The notes beneath the pieces were generated by a model, which saw only the letters and a program-made list of their open reading frames with translations, made no database searches and had not been told where the DNA came from. Made by a program: the position numbers and the translations under genes. Positions 46,327 through 54,914 of a DNA stretch of 64,000 bases are shown here, one piece after another. Within the stretch, counting starts at the first letter, position 1. Every line of letters begins with the position of its first letter. The stretch lies in NCBI GenBank assembly GCA_016194905.1, contig JACQAP010000026.1, forward strand, positions 28,418 to 92,417, written 5' to 3'. Origin of the DNA: Betaproteobacteria bacterium (GTDB lineage: Bacteria; Pseudomonadota; Gammaproteobacteria; Burkholderiales; JACQAP01).

Positions 46327-46489
46327 GCCACAAAGGACACCCACCTCTCCCCATCCCTCTCCCCCCGCAAGCGGGCGGAGAGGGTGTCGGATACAGAGGA
46401 AGTCACGCTCGCATCACTGCCTTTGGCTCCCTCTCCACGTAAGCGGAGAGGGCGGGGGGTGAGGTGCCTTTCTCTGTGTCCTCTGTGGC
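46327..46489. repeat. REP/MITE-like imperfect palindromic element (about 163 bp) with two CCCTCTCC...GGAGAGGG hairpins
   Basis: The termini are GCCACAAAGGACAC (46327-46340) and its near-perfect inverse gtgtcctctgtggc (46476-46489). Internal hairpins lie at 46355-46384 and 46429-46452. The stop codon of the debranching-enzyme ORF (46403-46405) lies inside the element. Confidence 0.6.
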
Positions 46490-48508
46490 AGATTGTTTCT
46501 TCGCTTTTTCCAGGAGCCACCAGGCTTCCAGCGTGCAAGCCACCGACCAGGCCTGCGAGGGTGCGCCGCCCGGTGCGTGCGGCGGGCCGCCGTCGAAGAT
46601 TTCGCTGACCGTGCCCAGGCCGGCATCCAGCAAGTGATCGCGTAACGGATCGAGTCGCGCTTGCGCGCTTTGCGCATCGCCGAACACGCGGAATTCGGCC
46701 AACGCGTAGTGGCCGAGCAACCAGCCCCAGGCCGGTCCCTGGTGATACGACGAATCGCGCTCGCGGACGCCGCCGCGGTAATACGGTTTGTAGTCGGCAT
46801 GCGAAGGAGTCAGGGAGCGCAGGCCGTAAGAGGTGAGCAGCTCAGCGCCGCACTGGCGAACCACCCTTTCCTGAATCACTCGATCGAGCGGAGAAAAGGG
46901 CAGGCTCACGGCAAAGATCTGGTTCGGCCGCACGCTTGGGTCGTCCCCGTTCGGCCCGTCGAGCACGTCATAGAGGCCGCCGGCATCCTCATTCACGAAG
47001 CGCTGGAAGGCCTGTCTGACCTGCAAAGCGAGCGTGCGGTAGGGCTCGCGGGAAAGTTTCAGCAGGTCGGCAAATTGCACCATGGATTCGAGGGCGTTGA
47101 ACCAAAGCGCATTGATCTCCACTGGTTTGCCCGCGCGCGGCGTGACCACCCAGTCGCCGATCCTGGCGTCCATCCATGTCAATTGCACGCCGGGCGCGCC
47201 GGCGCGCAGCAGTCCGTCGGACGCATCCACGCCGATGCCGTAGCGGGTTCCCCTGATGTGCCATTCGATGACCGATTCGAGCACCGGGAAGGCATCTTTG
47301 AGCGCGGCCTTGTCATGCGTGGTATCCACGTAGGCACGCCAGGCCTCGATGTACCAGAGCGCCGCGTCCACGGTGTTGTAATCCGGTTTGTCTCCGGCAC
47401 CTGGAAAGACATTCGGCAACATGCCCTGGTCGACGAAGCGCGCAAAAGTTTGCAGGATCCGGCGCGCAGTTTCGAAGCGTCCGCTGGCTAGCGTCAGGCC
47501 CGGCAGCGCGATCATCGTGTCGCGACCCCAATCGCCGAACCAGGGATAACCGGCGATCACCGATTCTCCGTCGGGCGCTTCCGGAAGCGGGCGCGCAAAA
47601 ATAAAGCTCGCGGTCGCAAGCGTGAGCTGATCGACCCATGCCGGCGCTTGCGCAAGCTCGGGTACCTGCACGCGCGCCCGTTTGAGATTGCCGGCGTCCG
47701 CCGCTCTGGCGCGGCGCAACGCTTCATCGAGATACGGCGAAGGATTGGCATCCAGGCTGGCTACCACGCCCACCCATTCGCCGGGGAGCAGCTGCAGGGC
47801 GGCCTCGCCGACGCAAAGATGATTGTCGCGGTCGGCCAGGCCGCGGCTGCGCTCCGCCGGCAGATCGAAGTTTTCATACCATTCGTGCCGGCCGTGAATG
47901 ATGCCGCCACGGGCGCGCAGCGTGAGCGCGAACCAGTCCGGGAAGCGCACCCGGAGGTCGGCACCGCCGGATTCGATCACGGGATTGAATTCCCCGGAGC
48001 GCGCGCTGCCGTGATGGTCGTGCGCGTTGGCGAGCAGCTTGATGTTCAATGACAGCGGCCGTTGCGGTTCACCGCCGTCGGGCAGCAGGCGGAAAGCGAC
48101 ATAGGTGGTGTTGGCGCCTTGTTCCATCCAGATGCGCTGCTCGACACGCAGACCAGCGCAGGCAAAACGCCATACCGGAATGCGGCCGTCGAGTTCGAAG
48201 GATTCGATATTCAGATGTCCCGCGGGCGCAATCACGCCGCCCCCCCAGCGGTTGCTGAACAGCGGCCAGCTATCGACGCCGTCGCTCAGCGTCGCGTCGG
48301 CTTTGGCTACGACAAGACGGCGACCCAGCGGCGGATCGACCGGCGCGACCAGCAAGCCATGGTAGCGGCGCGTAAGCGTGCCGGCGATCGTGCCCGCCGC
48401 GTAGGCGCCGAGTCCATTGGCGAGCCACCATTCGCGGCGCTCGGCCTGTTCGATGTCGCCGCAGATTTCCCTGCCGAAGCGAATCAGTGGTGCCTGCGGG
48501 GAATTCAT
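46403..48508 (-). CDS. Glycogen debranching enzyme-like protein (bacterial GDE N-terminal domain + amylo-alpha-1,6-glucosidase C-domain)
   Basis: 701 aa from ATG 48508, with GAGGAG upstream. The N-terminus REWWLANGLGAYAAGTIAGTLTRRYHGLLVAP and the C-domain ...GYPWFGDWGRDTMIALPGL... fit the family. The last about 30 codons are encoded by the REP-like element. Confidence 0.8.
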   Translation of the reverse strand: MNSPQAPLIRFGREICGDIEQAERREWWLANGLGAYAAGTIAGTLTRRYHGLLVAPVDPPLGRRLVVAKADATLSDGVDSWPLFSNRWGGGVIAPAGHLNIESFELDGRIPVWRFACAGLRVEQRIWMEQGANTTYVAFRLLPDGGEPQRPLSLNIKLLANAHDHHGSARSGEFNPVIESGGADLRVRFPDWFALTLRARGGIIHGRHEWYENFDLPAERSRGLADRDNHLCVGEAALQLLPGEWVGVVASLDANPSPYLDEALRRARAADAGNLKRARVQVPELAQAPAWVDQLTLATASFIFARPLPEAPDGESVIAGYPWFGDWGRDTMIALPGLTLASGRFETARRILQTFARFVDQGMLPNVFPGAGDKPDYNTVDAALWYIEAWRAYVDTTHDKAALKDAFPVLESVIEWHIRGTRYGIGVDASDGLLRAGAPGVQLTWMDARIGDWVVTPRAGKPVEINALWFNALESMVQFADLLKLSREPYRTLALQVRQAFQRFVNEDAGGLYDVLDGPNGDDPSVRPNQIFAVSLPFSPLDRVIQERVVRQCGAELLTSYGLRSLTPSHADYKPYYRGGVRERDSSYHQGPAWGWLLGHYALAEFRVFGDAQSAQARLDPLRDHLLDAGLGTVSEIFDGGPPHAPGGAPSQAWSVACTLEAWWLLEKAKKQSATEDTEKGTSPPALSAYVEREPKAVMRA

Positions 48509-48534
48509 GATGTCGTCTCCTCTGAAGTTCCGCA

Positions 48535-50025
48535 TCAGGCGACGGATTCCGCCGCGTGCATCTCGTCGCGCGTGATGGCACGCGTTTCGCCAAGTCGCTG
48601 CGCCGCGCGCAAAGCCCAGGCGTAGATGGTGAGTGCCGGATTGACCCGGCTCGAGCGCGGCAGGATGCTGCCGTCGACCACATAGAGATTCGCCATGCCG
48701 TGAACCTTGCCGACGGCGTCTACCACCGAGGTTTGCGGACTGTGGCCGGCGATGAGTGTTCCGCAAGCGTGCGCCGTGCCGCTTAGCGGTATCGCCTTGG
48801 TGAGCGGGAAATAGCCGAGCCTAATGAGCTGCCGTTGCAGCGCGCGCACGAAGCGCCGGTGTTCGTCACGCGCGGAAGGCAGACGTTCGACATCGTAGTC
48901 GAGCCGCGGACTCACGCCGGGCTGCACCACGACGCGGTTATCGGGATGCGAACCGTCCTCGGTTTGCAAGAACAATCCGTAGACACGATTGCCGACGATG
49001 TCGCTCAGGCGTTTCGGTATGAAGCCGGGCATCTGTGCGGAGATGATATCGGCGGCGAGGCCGCCGCCCAGTGTCTGCAGGCTGCTGTGCGGAAAACGAT
49101 CCGAAATCAGCAGTGCTGTTTTGCACAGCACGTCGTGCACTTTGCGGTGCGATAGCGCCAGCATCGCGGTGAGCATGTGCGATTTGTAATTGCGCCCCAC
49201 CTGCCGGTAAGCCGGCAGACTGTGCGAGAGTCCGGCGGATTCCATGTAGGTCTGCAGAAGGCGGGGGCTGTGCAATGCGCCAGCGGCCAGCAGTACGGCG
49301 CTGGCCTCGAAGCGGCTGCCGTCATCGCAAACCACGCCGCTGATGCGAGTCGGTTCGCCGGCACCGGGGAGCAGGCTTGTCACCTGTCTGCCGATCAGAA
49401 TCTGCAGGTTGGACCGATCGCGCACGCGGTCCAGGAAACGGTTCTCGGCATCGGCTTTCAATCCGCGAACCGACGCATAGGCGTCGAAATGGGCTGCTTC
49501 GTAAGGATGGTTCAGGATGTCGGCGGACAGTCCCAGCGGGAGCGGCCGCATGCGCCAATGGGGGTCTTGCCTGTGCAGGCCGTCCGCCAGCTTGCGCATG
49601 TCCGCCTCCACCGGAAACTGGCGCACCCCGAGCAGGTTTTCCGCTTCCTCGTAGAACGGTTCAAGATCGTCATAGCCGATCGGCCAGCCGCGGCATTGGT
49701 GACTTGCGTCGACTTCGAATTCTTCGGGGGCAAAGCGCAGCAGCGCGGCTCCATACCATTTGGTCTTGCCGCCAAGGTTGAAGTGTTCTTCGGGTACGAC
49801 GGTGCGGCCGAATCTATCCAGCCAGGGTTCGCGCGCCAGAAATTTTCCGTGACGAATCACCTGGTACGCATCGAGCGTGCTGCCGTCCTTCGGCAGCGAC
49901 GGTCCGCGCTCGATCAGCAGCACGCGTTTGCCGGTCTGTGTCAGATGGTAAGCGGCGGCCGAACCGCCGGCGCCTGAACCGATGATGATCGCGTCGTATC
50001 TCATGGCTGGACCCGTGGCCCTCAT
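48535..50025 (-). CDS. GMC-family FAD-dependent oxidoreductase
   Basis: YDAIIIGSGAGGSAAAY is the FAD-binding motif. The GMC C-terminus reads ...GTAHACGT...VVDGSILP. Start ATG 50025 overlaps the upstream stop (ATGA); ATG 50004 is an alternative. Confidence 0.8.
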   Translation of the reverse strand: MRATGPAMRYDAIIIGSGAGGSAAAYHLTQTGKRVLLIERGPSLPKDGSTLDAYQVIRHGKFLAREPWLDRFGRTVVPEEHFNLGGKTKWYGAALLRFAPEEFEVDASHQCRGWPIGYDDLEPFYEEAENLLGVRQFPVEADMRKLADGLHRQDPHWRMRPLPLGLSADILNHPYEAAHFDAYASVRGLKADAENRFLDRVRDRSNLQILIGRQVTSLLPGAGEPTRISGVVCDDGSRFEASAVLLAAGALHSPRLLQTYMESAGLSHSLPAYRQVGRNYKSHMLTAMLALSHRKVHDVLCKTALLISDRFPHSSLQTLGGGLAADIISAQMPGFIPKRLSDIVGNRVYGLFLQTEDGSHPDNRVVVQPGVSPRLDYDVERLPSARDEHRRFVRALQRQLIRLGYFPLTKAIPLSGTAHACGTLIAGHSPQTSVVDAVGKVHGMANLYVVDGSILPRSSRVNPALTIYAWALRAAQRLGETRAITRDEMHAAESVA

Positions 50026-51074
50026 GGTTGAACCAGCAATACGGCGTGGCCGTCGGGATCGCGGACCATGAGTTGTCTGCGGTATGGCTGGTCTTTCACT
50101 TCCACGGCGCGAGGCGATATGAAGCGGACGTCCGCGTGCTGCAACTTGGCGACCAACTCGTCGAGGTCGTCCACCTCGATGACCGTCCGGGTGGCGACCA
50201 GATCGTTGACTCCGGCATCCGCGGGCGTCGAACGTCCGCCGCCGGGCGTGAGGTACTGCAGAAACTCCACACCGGGGCCGCTTGCGTCCCGCGGGCGCAA
50301 TCCCGTTACGCGTACTACCGCACCGAAGGCGTTATCGAGCTGCTCCTGGGTTTCGCCCGAGTTCAGGCTTGCGCCGACCACAACTAGGCCAAGCAAATCG
50401 CGGTAGAAAGCGAAACTGCGATCGGTACTGGAAACGGTTATGGCGGAGTGGTCGATCCCGAGAAACAGCGCGTCGTCGCGATGCCATCTGGCCGGGCCCT
50501 TGTCCGGCGGCAAATAGAGCAGCTCCAGCGGATGGCCGTCGAAGTCGCGGAACTTGAAAGCCTTGACGCCAGCCGCTGCCTTGTTCCACTCGGGTAGGGT
50601 CTGCGGGGCGCTGGAAATCGCCTGAATCGGAAAGCGCGAGACATGCTCATAGGCCTTCTGCATGTCCGATACCACGACCGCAAAATGCTGGAACCAGAGG
50701 TCGTTGGCGCGGCTGTCGACCGGGACCGGCTTGCCGGCGGGTCCGAGATACTGGTCGAGCTCGATCGTTTCATCGCCGAGCTGCAACGACGCCGTTCGCA
50801 CGCGGGTGCCGAAAACACCGGTGACATAGTCGTAGTCGCGATCCGCAGTCGTACGTTCGCCGGTCTTGCGGAATCCGAGCGCCTGCTCGAAAAACGCGAC
50901 CGAGCGGTCAAGATCGGAAACCGTCAGCACGAAGCCCTTCACTTCGCGGGCACCGGCAAAGGCGCTGCCGGCCAGCAGGATCAGCGACACTGCCGCGAGC
51001 AGCGCGAAAGTGTGCAGCCATTCGCGCCAGGCGCGCGATTGCTGCGCCTGTACCGTGGTTTGCGCGAGGCTCAT
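50022..51074 (-). CDS. Two-domain VOC (glyoxalase/bleomycin-resistance/dioxygenase) family protein with an N-terminal signal or anchor
   Basis: 350 aa from ATG 51074. A hydrophobic N-segment (FALLAAVSLILLAGSAFA) is followed by two VOC repeats (F.LTVSDLDRSV.FF...LGF; IDHSAITVS..DRS.AFY...LGL). Confidence 0.7.
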   Translation of the reverse strand: MSLAQTTVQAQQSRAWREWLHTFALLAAVSLILLAGSAFAGAREVKGFVLTVSDLDRSVAFFEQALGFRKTGERTTADRDYDYVTGVFGTRVRTASLQLGDETIELDQYLGPAGKPVPVDSRANDLWFQHFAVVVSDMQKAYEHVSRFPIQAISSAPQTLPEWNKAAAGVKAFKFRDFDGHPLELLYLPPDKGPARWHRDDALFLGIDHSAITVSSTDRSFAFYRDLLGLVVVGASLNSGETQEQLDNAFGAVVRVTGLRPRDASGPGVEFLQYLTPGGGRSTPADAGVNDLVATRTVIEVDDLDELVAKLQHADVRFISPRAVEVKDQPYRRQLMVRDPDGHAVLLVQP

Positions 51075-51076
51075 GA

Positions 51077-51916
51077 TCAGCCCCCCTCGCGGAATTCCGG
51101 ATACAGCGTCATGCCGCCATCGACGTACAGCGTCGCACCGTTGACGTAGTCCGACTGATCGGAGGCAAGCCATACCGCCGCGCGCGCGATGTCGCGTGTT
51201 TCGCCGACGCGGTAATAGGGAATCAGTTTGAGCAGCTCGGCTTCCGCCTGCGGCGTGGCCCAGGCTGCGGTGTTGATCGGGGTCTTGATGGCGCCCGGCG
51301 AAATGCCGTTGACGCGGATCTTGTGCATCGCCAATTCCTGCGCCATGGTCTTCATGAGCATCGACACGCCGCCCTTGGAGGCGGCGTAGTTGGCGTGGCC
51401 GGACCAGGGGATCACATCATGCACCGAGGACATGCAGATGATTTTGCCGGCGGCCTGCGAAATTTCCGCCACCACACCGCGGCGCAGAAATTCGCACACG
51501 GCTTCGCGGGCGCACAGGAACTGGCCGGTGAGGTTCACGGCAAGCACCAGTTCCCAGTCCTTGAGCGACATTTCGTGGATCTTCGCGTCGCGCTGCAGGC
51601 CGGCATTGTTGACCAGGATGTCGACGCTGCCCCAGGTGTTTATCACCTGGGCAAACATGGCCTTGACCTCTGCTTCGTTGCTTACGTCGGCGCGGATGGC
51701 GATGGCTTCGCCGCCAGCAGAGCGAATTTCGGAAACGATCTGCTGCGCGCGCTCTTCCCCGGCGACATAGTTGACGACGACCCGCGCGCCGGCTTCGGCG
51801 TAACCGCGGGCGACGCCCTCTCCGATACCGGAGTTGGCACCGGTGATCACGGCACGCTGTCCGTCGAGCAATCGCATCGAGATGGCGCGTTGTTCGCTGG
51901 CATTGATTGCGTTCAT
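51077..51916 (-). CDS. Short-chain dehydrogenase/reductase (glucose 1-dehydrogenase-like SDR)
   Basis: 279 aa with VITGANSGIGEG (TGxxxGxG), NNAG and S...YAASK. Confidence 0.85.
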   Translation of the reverse strand: MNAINASEQRAISMRLLDGQRAVITGANSGIGEGVARGYAEAGARVVVNYVAGEERAQQIVSEIRSAGGEAIAIRADVSNEAEVKAMFAQVINTWGSVDILVNNAGLQRDAKIHEMSLKDWELVLAVNLTGQFLCAREAVCEFLRRGVVAEISQAAGKIICMSSVHDVIPWSGHANYAASKGGVSMLMKTMAQELAMHKIRVNGISPGAIKTPINTAAWATPQAEAELLKLIPYYRVGETRDIARAAVWLASDQSDYVNGATLYVDGGMTLYPEFREGG

Positions 51917-51952
51917 GGCTGCATTCCTTCTGGTAGCGTGACGCCAGCCGGA

Positions 51953-52432
51953 TCAGAACAGGCGGCGGCGCAGAAAATGATCGACTGAAATTTTTCCGGG
52001 GCCGTGCAACAGCGGAATGAGCAGCAGGAGGCCCCAGTACTGGTGGTCCTTGAGGCCGACTTCCCCGAGATCCGGATACGAAACCACGGCGATGATGTTG
52101 AACACGAACAGCGCGGCGGCTGAAAGCCGGCCGCCGAGGCCGAGAACCAGAAAAACCGGCAGTACCAACTCGGCGGCGGTACCCATGTACGCGGCCAGTT
52201 GCGGCGGCAGCAACGGCACCGCGTATTCGTTCTCGAACAGGGCCAGCGTCGTGTCCCAGCTCAGGATCTTGGTCAGGCCGGACTGAAAGAACACCATGCC
52301 GACCCAGATGCGGATGGCGAGATCGAGCACCGGCGCAAGCCAGCCCTCGGCGATACGAACCGCATTCCTGGCGATTGCGGTCGCTGTGCCGATCGCATTC
52401 ACGCGCGCGCTTTGGTTCATGGTCAGTTCCAT
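51953..52432 (-). CDS. DoxX-family membrane protein (bufferin-operon type), locus B
   Basis: 159 aa from ATG 52432, with AAGGAGG 6 nt upstream. It reads LDLAIRIWVGMVFFQSGLTKILSW...GPGKISVDHFLRRR and has four hydrophobic segments. Confidence 0.85.
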   Translation of the reverse strand: MELTMNQSARVNAIGTATAIARNAVRIAEGWLAPVLDLAIRIWVGMVFFQSGLTKILSWDTTLALFENEYAVPLLPPQLAAYMGTAAELVLPVFLVLGLGGRLSAAALFVFNIIAVVSYPDLGEVGLKDHQYWGLLLLIPLLHGPGKISVDHFLRRRLF

Positions 52433-52456
52433 GTGTTGCCTCCTTTGCCCGGATAG

Positions 52457-52485
52457 TCCCTCTCCGCGTCGCCGCCGGAGAGGGA
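52457..52485. repeat. Third copy of the CCCTCTCC/GGAGAGGG hairpin, intercistronic between the DUF2282 precursor and DoxX
   Basis: tccctctcc-gcgtcgccgcc-ggagaggga forms a 9-bp stem. Its core is the same as the two hairpins in the 46.3-46.5 kb element. Confidence 0.6.
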
Positions 52486-52500
52486 TCGAAGCAGCGTTGT

Positions 52501-52791
52501 TTACTTGGCGCCGCCGGGCTTGGCCCAGGCGGCAGTGACGATGTGGCCGCCGGCGATGCGCTCGCAACTGCCCTTGGGGAGCGCGATCCAGGCTTCCGCC
52601 TCGTTGTCTGTCTTGATGCTGCCGGCACAGGCCGACTTGCTGGTGCCGCAATCGTTTTTGCCGGCCTTGACGATGCCCGCGCATTTTTCGGTGTCGCCCT
52701 TGGCCGCCATCGCCTGGCTGCCGGCCGCACTCAAACCGAGCGCAAGCAGGCTCGCAAAAGCGGTATTGATGATCCTGTTCGATGCATTCAT
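52501..52791 (-). CDS. DUF2282 4-Cys RiPP precursor (bufferin BufA1-like), locus B
   Basis: 96 aa: MNASNRIINTAFASLLALGLSAAGSQAMA|AKGDTEKCAGIVKAGKNDCGTSKSACAGSIKTDNEAEAWIALPKGSCERIAGGHIV... It has a Sec signal ending AMA and Cys spacing 10-6-19. GGAG is the RBS. Confidence 0.85.
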   Translation of the reverse strand: MNASNRIINTAFASLLALGLSAAGSQAMAAKGDTEKCAGIVKAGKNDCGTSKSACAGSIKTDNEAEAWIALPKGSCERIAGGHIVTAAWAKPGGAK

Positions 52792-52871
52792 GTTCTTGCT
52801 CCGTTCATTTGAGGGTTGGAAGGCCAGGGTGGCATCGGGCCACCTGGTGATTGCGAGTGTGTTCGCGAAAG

Positions 52872-52909
52872 ATCACGCACGTCTCACGCAAACCTAAACG
52901 TTCGGTCAC
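52872..52909 (-). promoter_or_regulatory. 11-bp-periodic direct repeats (GTGAT/GTGAG/GTGAC on the minus strand) upstream of the DUF2282 gene
   Basis: On the plus strand: ATCAC 52872-52876, CTCAC 52883-52887 and GTCAC 52905-52909. All three are in 11-bp phase. Both full sites read (A/C)TCACGCA. Confidence 0.45.
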
Positions 52910-53739
52910 GCAGCCGCCGCGAATGGGCGCTGCGAGTCGCCGTCCGCCGTCTCGTCGCTGCAGGACAGCGGCCAGTCGAAGCCGGCGAATGCGCCGCCGA
53001 ACACGTGGCGCTGCAGGAAGGCGGCGACATCGAAATCCGGCTGTACCGAAACTGAGTAGCGGAGCGCCTCGTCGAAATTTCTCCCGGCGGCGAACAGGCT
53101 GAACATGCAGAAGCCGCCGCGGTCGAGCGTTTCGATTGCGACTTCACGGCCGTGACGCCGGACCAGCAGGAACACGCCGCCTTCCGCGAGATCCACCGAA
53201 GCGTCATCCGGCGCATCCGGCTGGTTCACCTGCCAGATGCGATGGATGGGATAGGCAGAGACCAGCAGCCGGCAGGAAGGATGCAGATCGAAGGTCAGCA
53301 ATGTCTGGCGATCGGGCGGAACCGCGGCGAGATCGGTCGGCCGCAGGCTTTCGCGGTCGGTTGCGTGGAACGATTCCTCCACCAGCCATTCAAGGCGGGC
53401 CACATCGGCGAGGTATCGCGGTTCGCGCGCCGGCGGCCAGGTATCGAGAAAATCCGCGAAGGTTTCTCCGAAGCGGTTCAGGTCGCCGCTGGCGGAGGGA
53501 TGCACGCGCATGTAGCGGTCGGCGGCGCGGTCGAAGAAGCGCGCGCCGACCAGGCGTTCGATCACCGGATAGACGGCGCGCAATGTCTGGCGAAAATTCG
53601 ATATCACGTTGTTGCGGTAGACGCCGATGCGTTCGTGCGCCGGGATGGCGTTGTCGATCACGTGTGCGGTCGCGTAGTTGCCCGCCGGATCAAGCAGGGT
53701 GGCGACGAACTTCAGTTGCAGTTCACGCAGCGAGGGCAT
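52906..53739 (-). CDS. DUF2063 protein (BufC-like), locus B
   Basis: 277 aa from ATG 53739; the track ORF extends to 53913. It reads IGVYRNNVISNFRQTLRAVYPV...LADVARLEWLV and overlaps the DUF692 3' end by 17 nt. Confidence 0.85.
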   Translation of the reverse strand: MPSLRELQLKFVATLLDPAGNYATAHVIDNAIPAHERIGVYRNNVISNFRQTLRAVYPVIERLVGARFFDRAADRYMRVHPSASGDLNRFGETFADFLDTWPPAREPRYLADVARLEWLVEESFHATDRESLRPTDLAAVPPDRQTLLTFDLHPSCRLLVSAYPIHRIWQVNQPDAPDDASVDLAEGGVFLLVRRHGREVAIETLDRGGFCMFSLFAAGRNFDEALRYSVSVQPDFDVAAFLQRHVFGGAFAGFDWPLSCSDETADGDSQRPFAAAA

Positions 53740-54592
53740 GCCGGTTCTCCATGATGGTGTCGGCCAGGATTCTGTCGGCGGCGGCGGCTTCGTCGACAAG
53801 GACGGCGAGCGGCGGCAGGTCCGTGTCCCATTCGATGAGCGTCGGGACGCGCCCGAAACGCGCGACGGCTTCGCGGTACAGGGCCCACACCGGTTCGGCG
53901 ACGCGGGCGCCATGCGTGTCGATCAGGCAGCGCCCGTTGTGATCGTGGCCGGCAAGATGGATTTCCCGGACGTGCGCCGTCGGAATGCCGCGCAGATAAC
54001 GCGCTGCGTCGAAGCCGTGATTGACCGATGACACGTAGACATTGTTGACGTCGAGCAGGATGCCGCAGCCTGTGCGGCGCGCCACTTCCGCGACGAACTC
54101 CCATTCCGGCAGGTTCGACTCGGCGAATTGCAGGTAACTGGAAACGTTCTCGACCAGGATCTGACGGCCGAGAAATTCCTGGGCCTGATTGATATGACGG
54201 CATACCACTGCGAGCGCCTGCTCGCTATGGGGCAATGGCAGCAGGTCGTTGTAGAAGCGGCCGCCGACTGAACTCCACGACAGGTGCTCGGAAACCAGTG
54301 CCGGTTCGACGCGATCGATCAGGCGGGCCAGATTCGTCAGGTGCTCGCGGGACAGCGCATCGGTCGATCCCAGCGACAGGCCGACGCCGTGCAGGCTGAC
54401 GGGATAGTGCCGGCGCAGGCGATCGAGGAAGTACAGCGGCTGGCCGCCCTCGCAGAAATAGTTTTCGCTGTGGACTTCGAGCCAGCCGATGTCCGGCAAT
54501 TCATCCAGCAACTGCCGGTAGTGCGGTGGGCGCAGACCGATGCCTGCACGCGCCGGGATACCGTGTCCGTTCATCGATTCGCATGCGCCCAT
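53723..54592 (-). CDS. DUF692 / UPF0276 MNIO enzyme (BufB-like), locus B
   Basis: 289 aa with AGIGLR.PHY, WLEVHSENY, LHGVGLSLGS, VSEHLSW, ILVENVSSY, LLDVNNVYVSS.NHGFD and IHLAGH. ATG 54574 is an alternative start. Confidence 0.9.
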   Translation of the reverse strand: MGACESMNGHGIPARAGIGLRPPHYRQLLDELPDIGWLEVHSENYFCEGGQPLYFLDRLRRHYPVSLHGVGLSLGSTDALSREHLTNLARLIDRVEPALVSEHLSWSSVGGRFYNDLLPLPHSEQALAVVCRHINQAQEFLGRQILVENVSSYLQFAESNLPEWEFVAEVARRTGCGILLDVNNVYVSSVNHGFDAARYLRGIPTAHVREIHLAGHDHNGRCLIDTHGARVAEPVWALYREAVARFGRVPTLIEWDTDLPPLAVLVDEAAAADRILADTIMENRHALAA

Positions 54593-54593
54593 G

Positions 54594-54803
54594 TCACTCG
54601 CCTTGCAACGCGCCGATATCGACTGCGACCATGCCGGACAACAGCACCATCAGTTCGGTCTCGGATTCCTCACCTTCTTCCAGGCCTTCGCCCTGCTCGT
54701 AGAAGCTCATCAGCGACAGCAGCGCGTCGGCGGCGCGCGAGTGGCGCACGGCCGCAGCCGTGCCGACATTCATCGATAAGAGTGACATGGCGACGGTGTT
54801 CAT
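54594..54803 (-). CDS. Unassigned 69-aa acidic, Cys-free small protein, translationally coupled to the MNIO gene (candidate novel substrate or accessory protein)
   Basis: ATG 54803 has AAGGAG 6 nt upstream. Third codon positions are GC-rich. The stop TGA (54594-54596) lies 1 nt before the DUF692 ATG. Sequence: MNTVAMSLLSMNVGTAAAVRHSRAADALLSLMSFYEQGEGLEEGEESETELMVLLSGMVAVDIGALQGE. It has no signal peptide and no Cys, and I recognise no family. Confidence 0.65.
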   Translation of the reverse strand: MNTVAMSLLSMNVGTAAAVRHSRAADALLSLMSFYEQGEGLEEGEESETELMVLLSGMVAVDIGALQGE

Positions 54804-54898
54804 TCGATATCTCCTTGTGTTCTGGCCGGGCGGCAGGCCCTGTCTGTTTCTGCAGGCCCGATCGGCCTGATCAGATGGCGGCAGTATTGGCGGCGTTG

Positions 54899-54914
54899 AT
54901 CACGCAAAGATCAC
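54899..54914 (-). promoter_or_regulatory. GTGAT-N6-GTGAT direct repeat (11-bp period) upstream of the small-ORF/MNIO operon
   Basis: On the plus strand: ATCAC 54899-54903 and ATCAC 54910-54914 (ATCACGCAAAGATCACGG). The site lies about 96-111 nt upstream of ATG 54803. Confidence 0.45.

Noticed and set aside
51417-52730. 437-aa minus-strand ORF, together with similar R/P/G-rich alternative-frame ORFs (45248..46354, 41675..42622, 27610..28434, 44111..45040, 31569..32444).
   Set aside because: They are alternative frames of well-supported genes (SDR/DoxX/DUF2282, GH63-like, DoxX-NDH-2, lipA). The extreme Arg/Pro/Gly bias is typical of off-frame translation of GC-rich coding DNA.
54540-54779. 79-aa plus-strand ORF overlapping the 69-aa small ORF region.
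   Set aside because: It has no RBS, overlaps the DUF692 start on the opposite strand, and its product has odd composition. The minus-strand 69-aa ORF has a strong RBS, GC3 bias and stop-start coupling.
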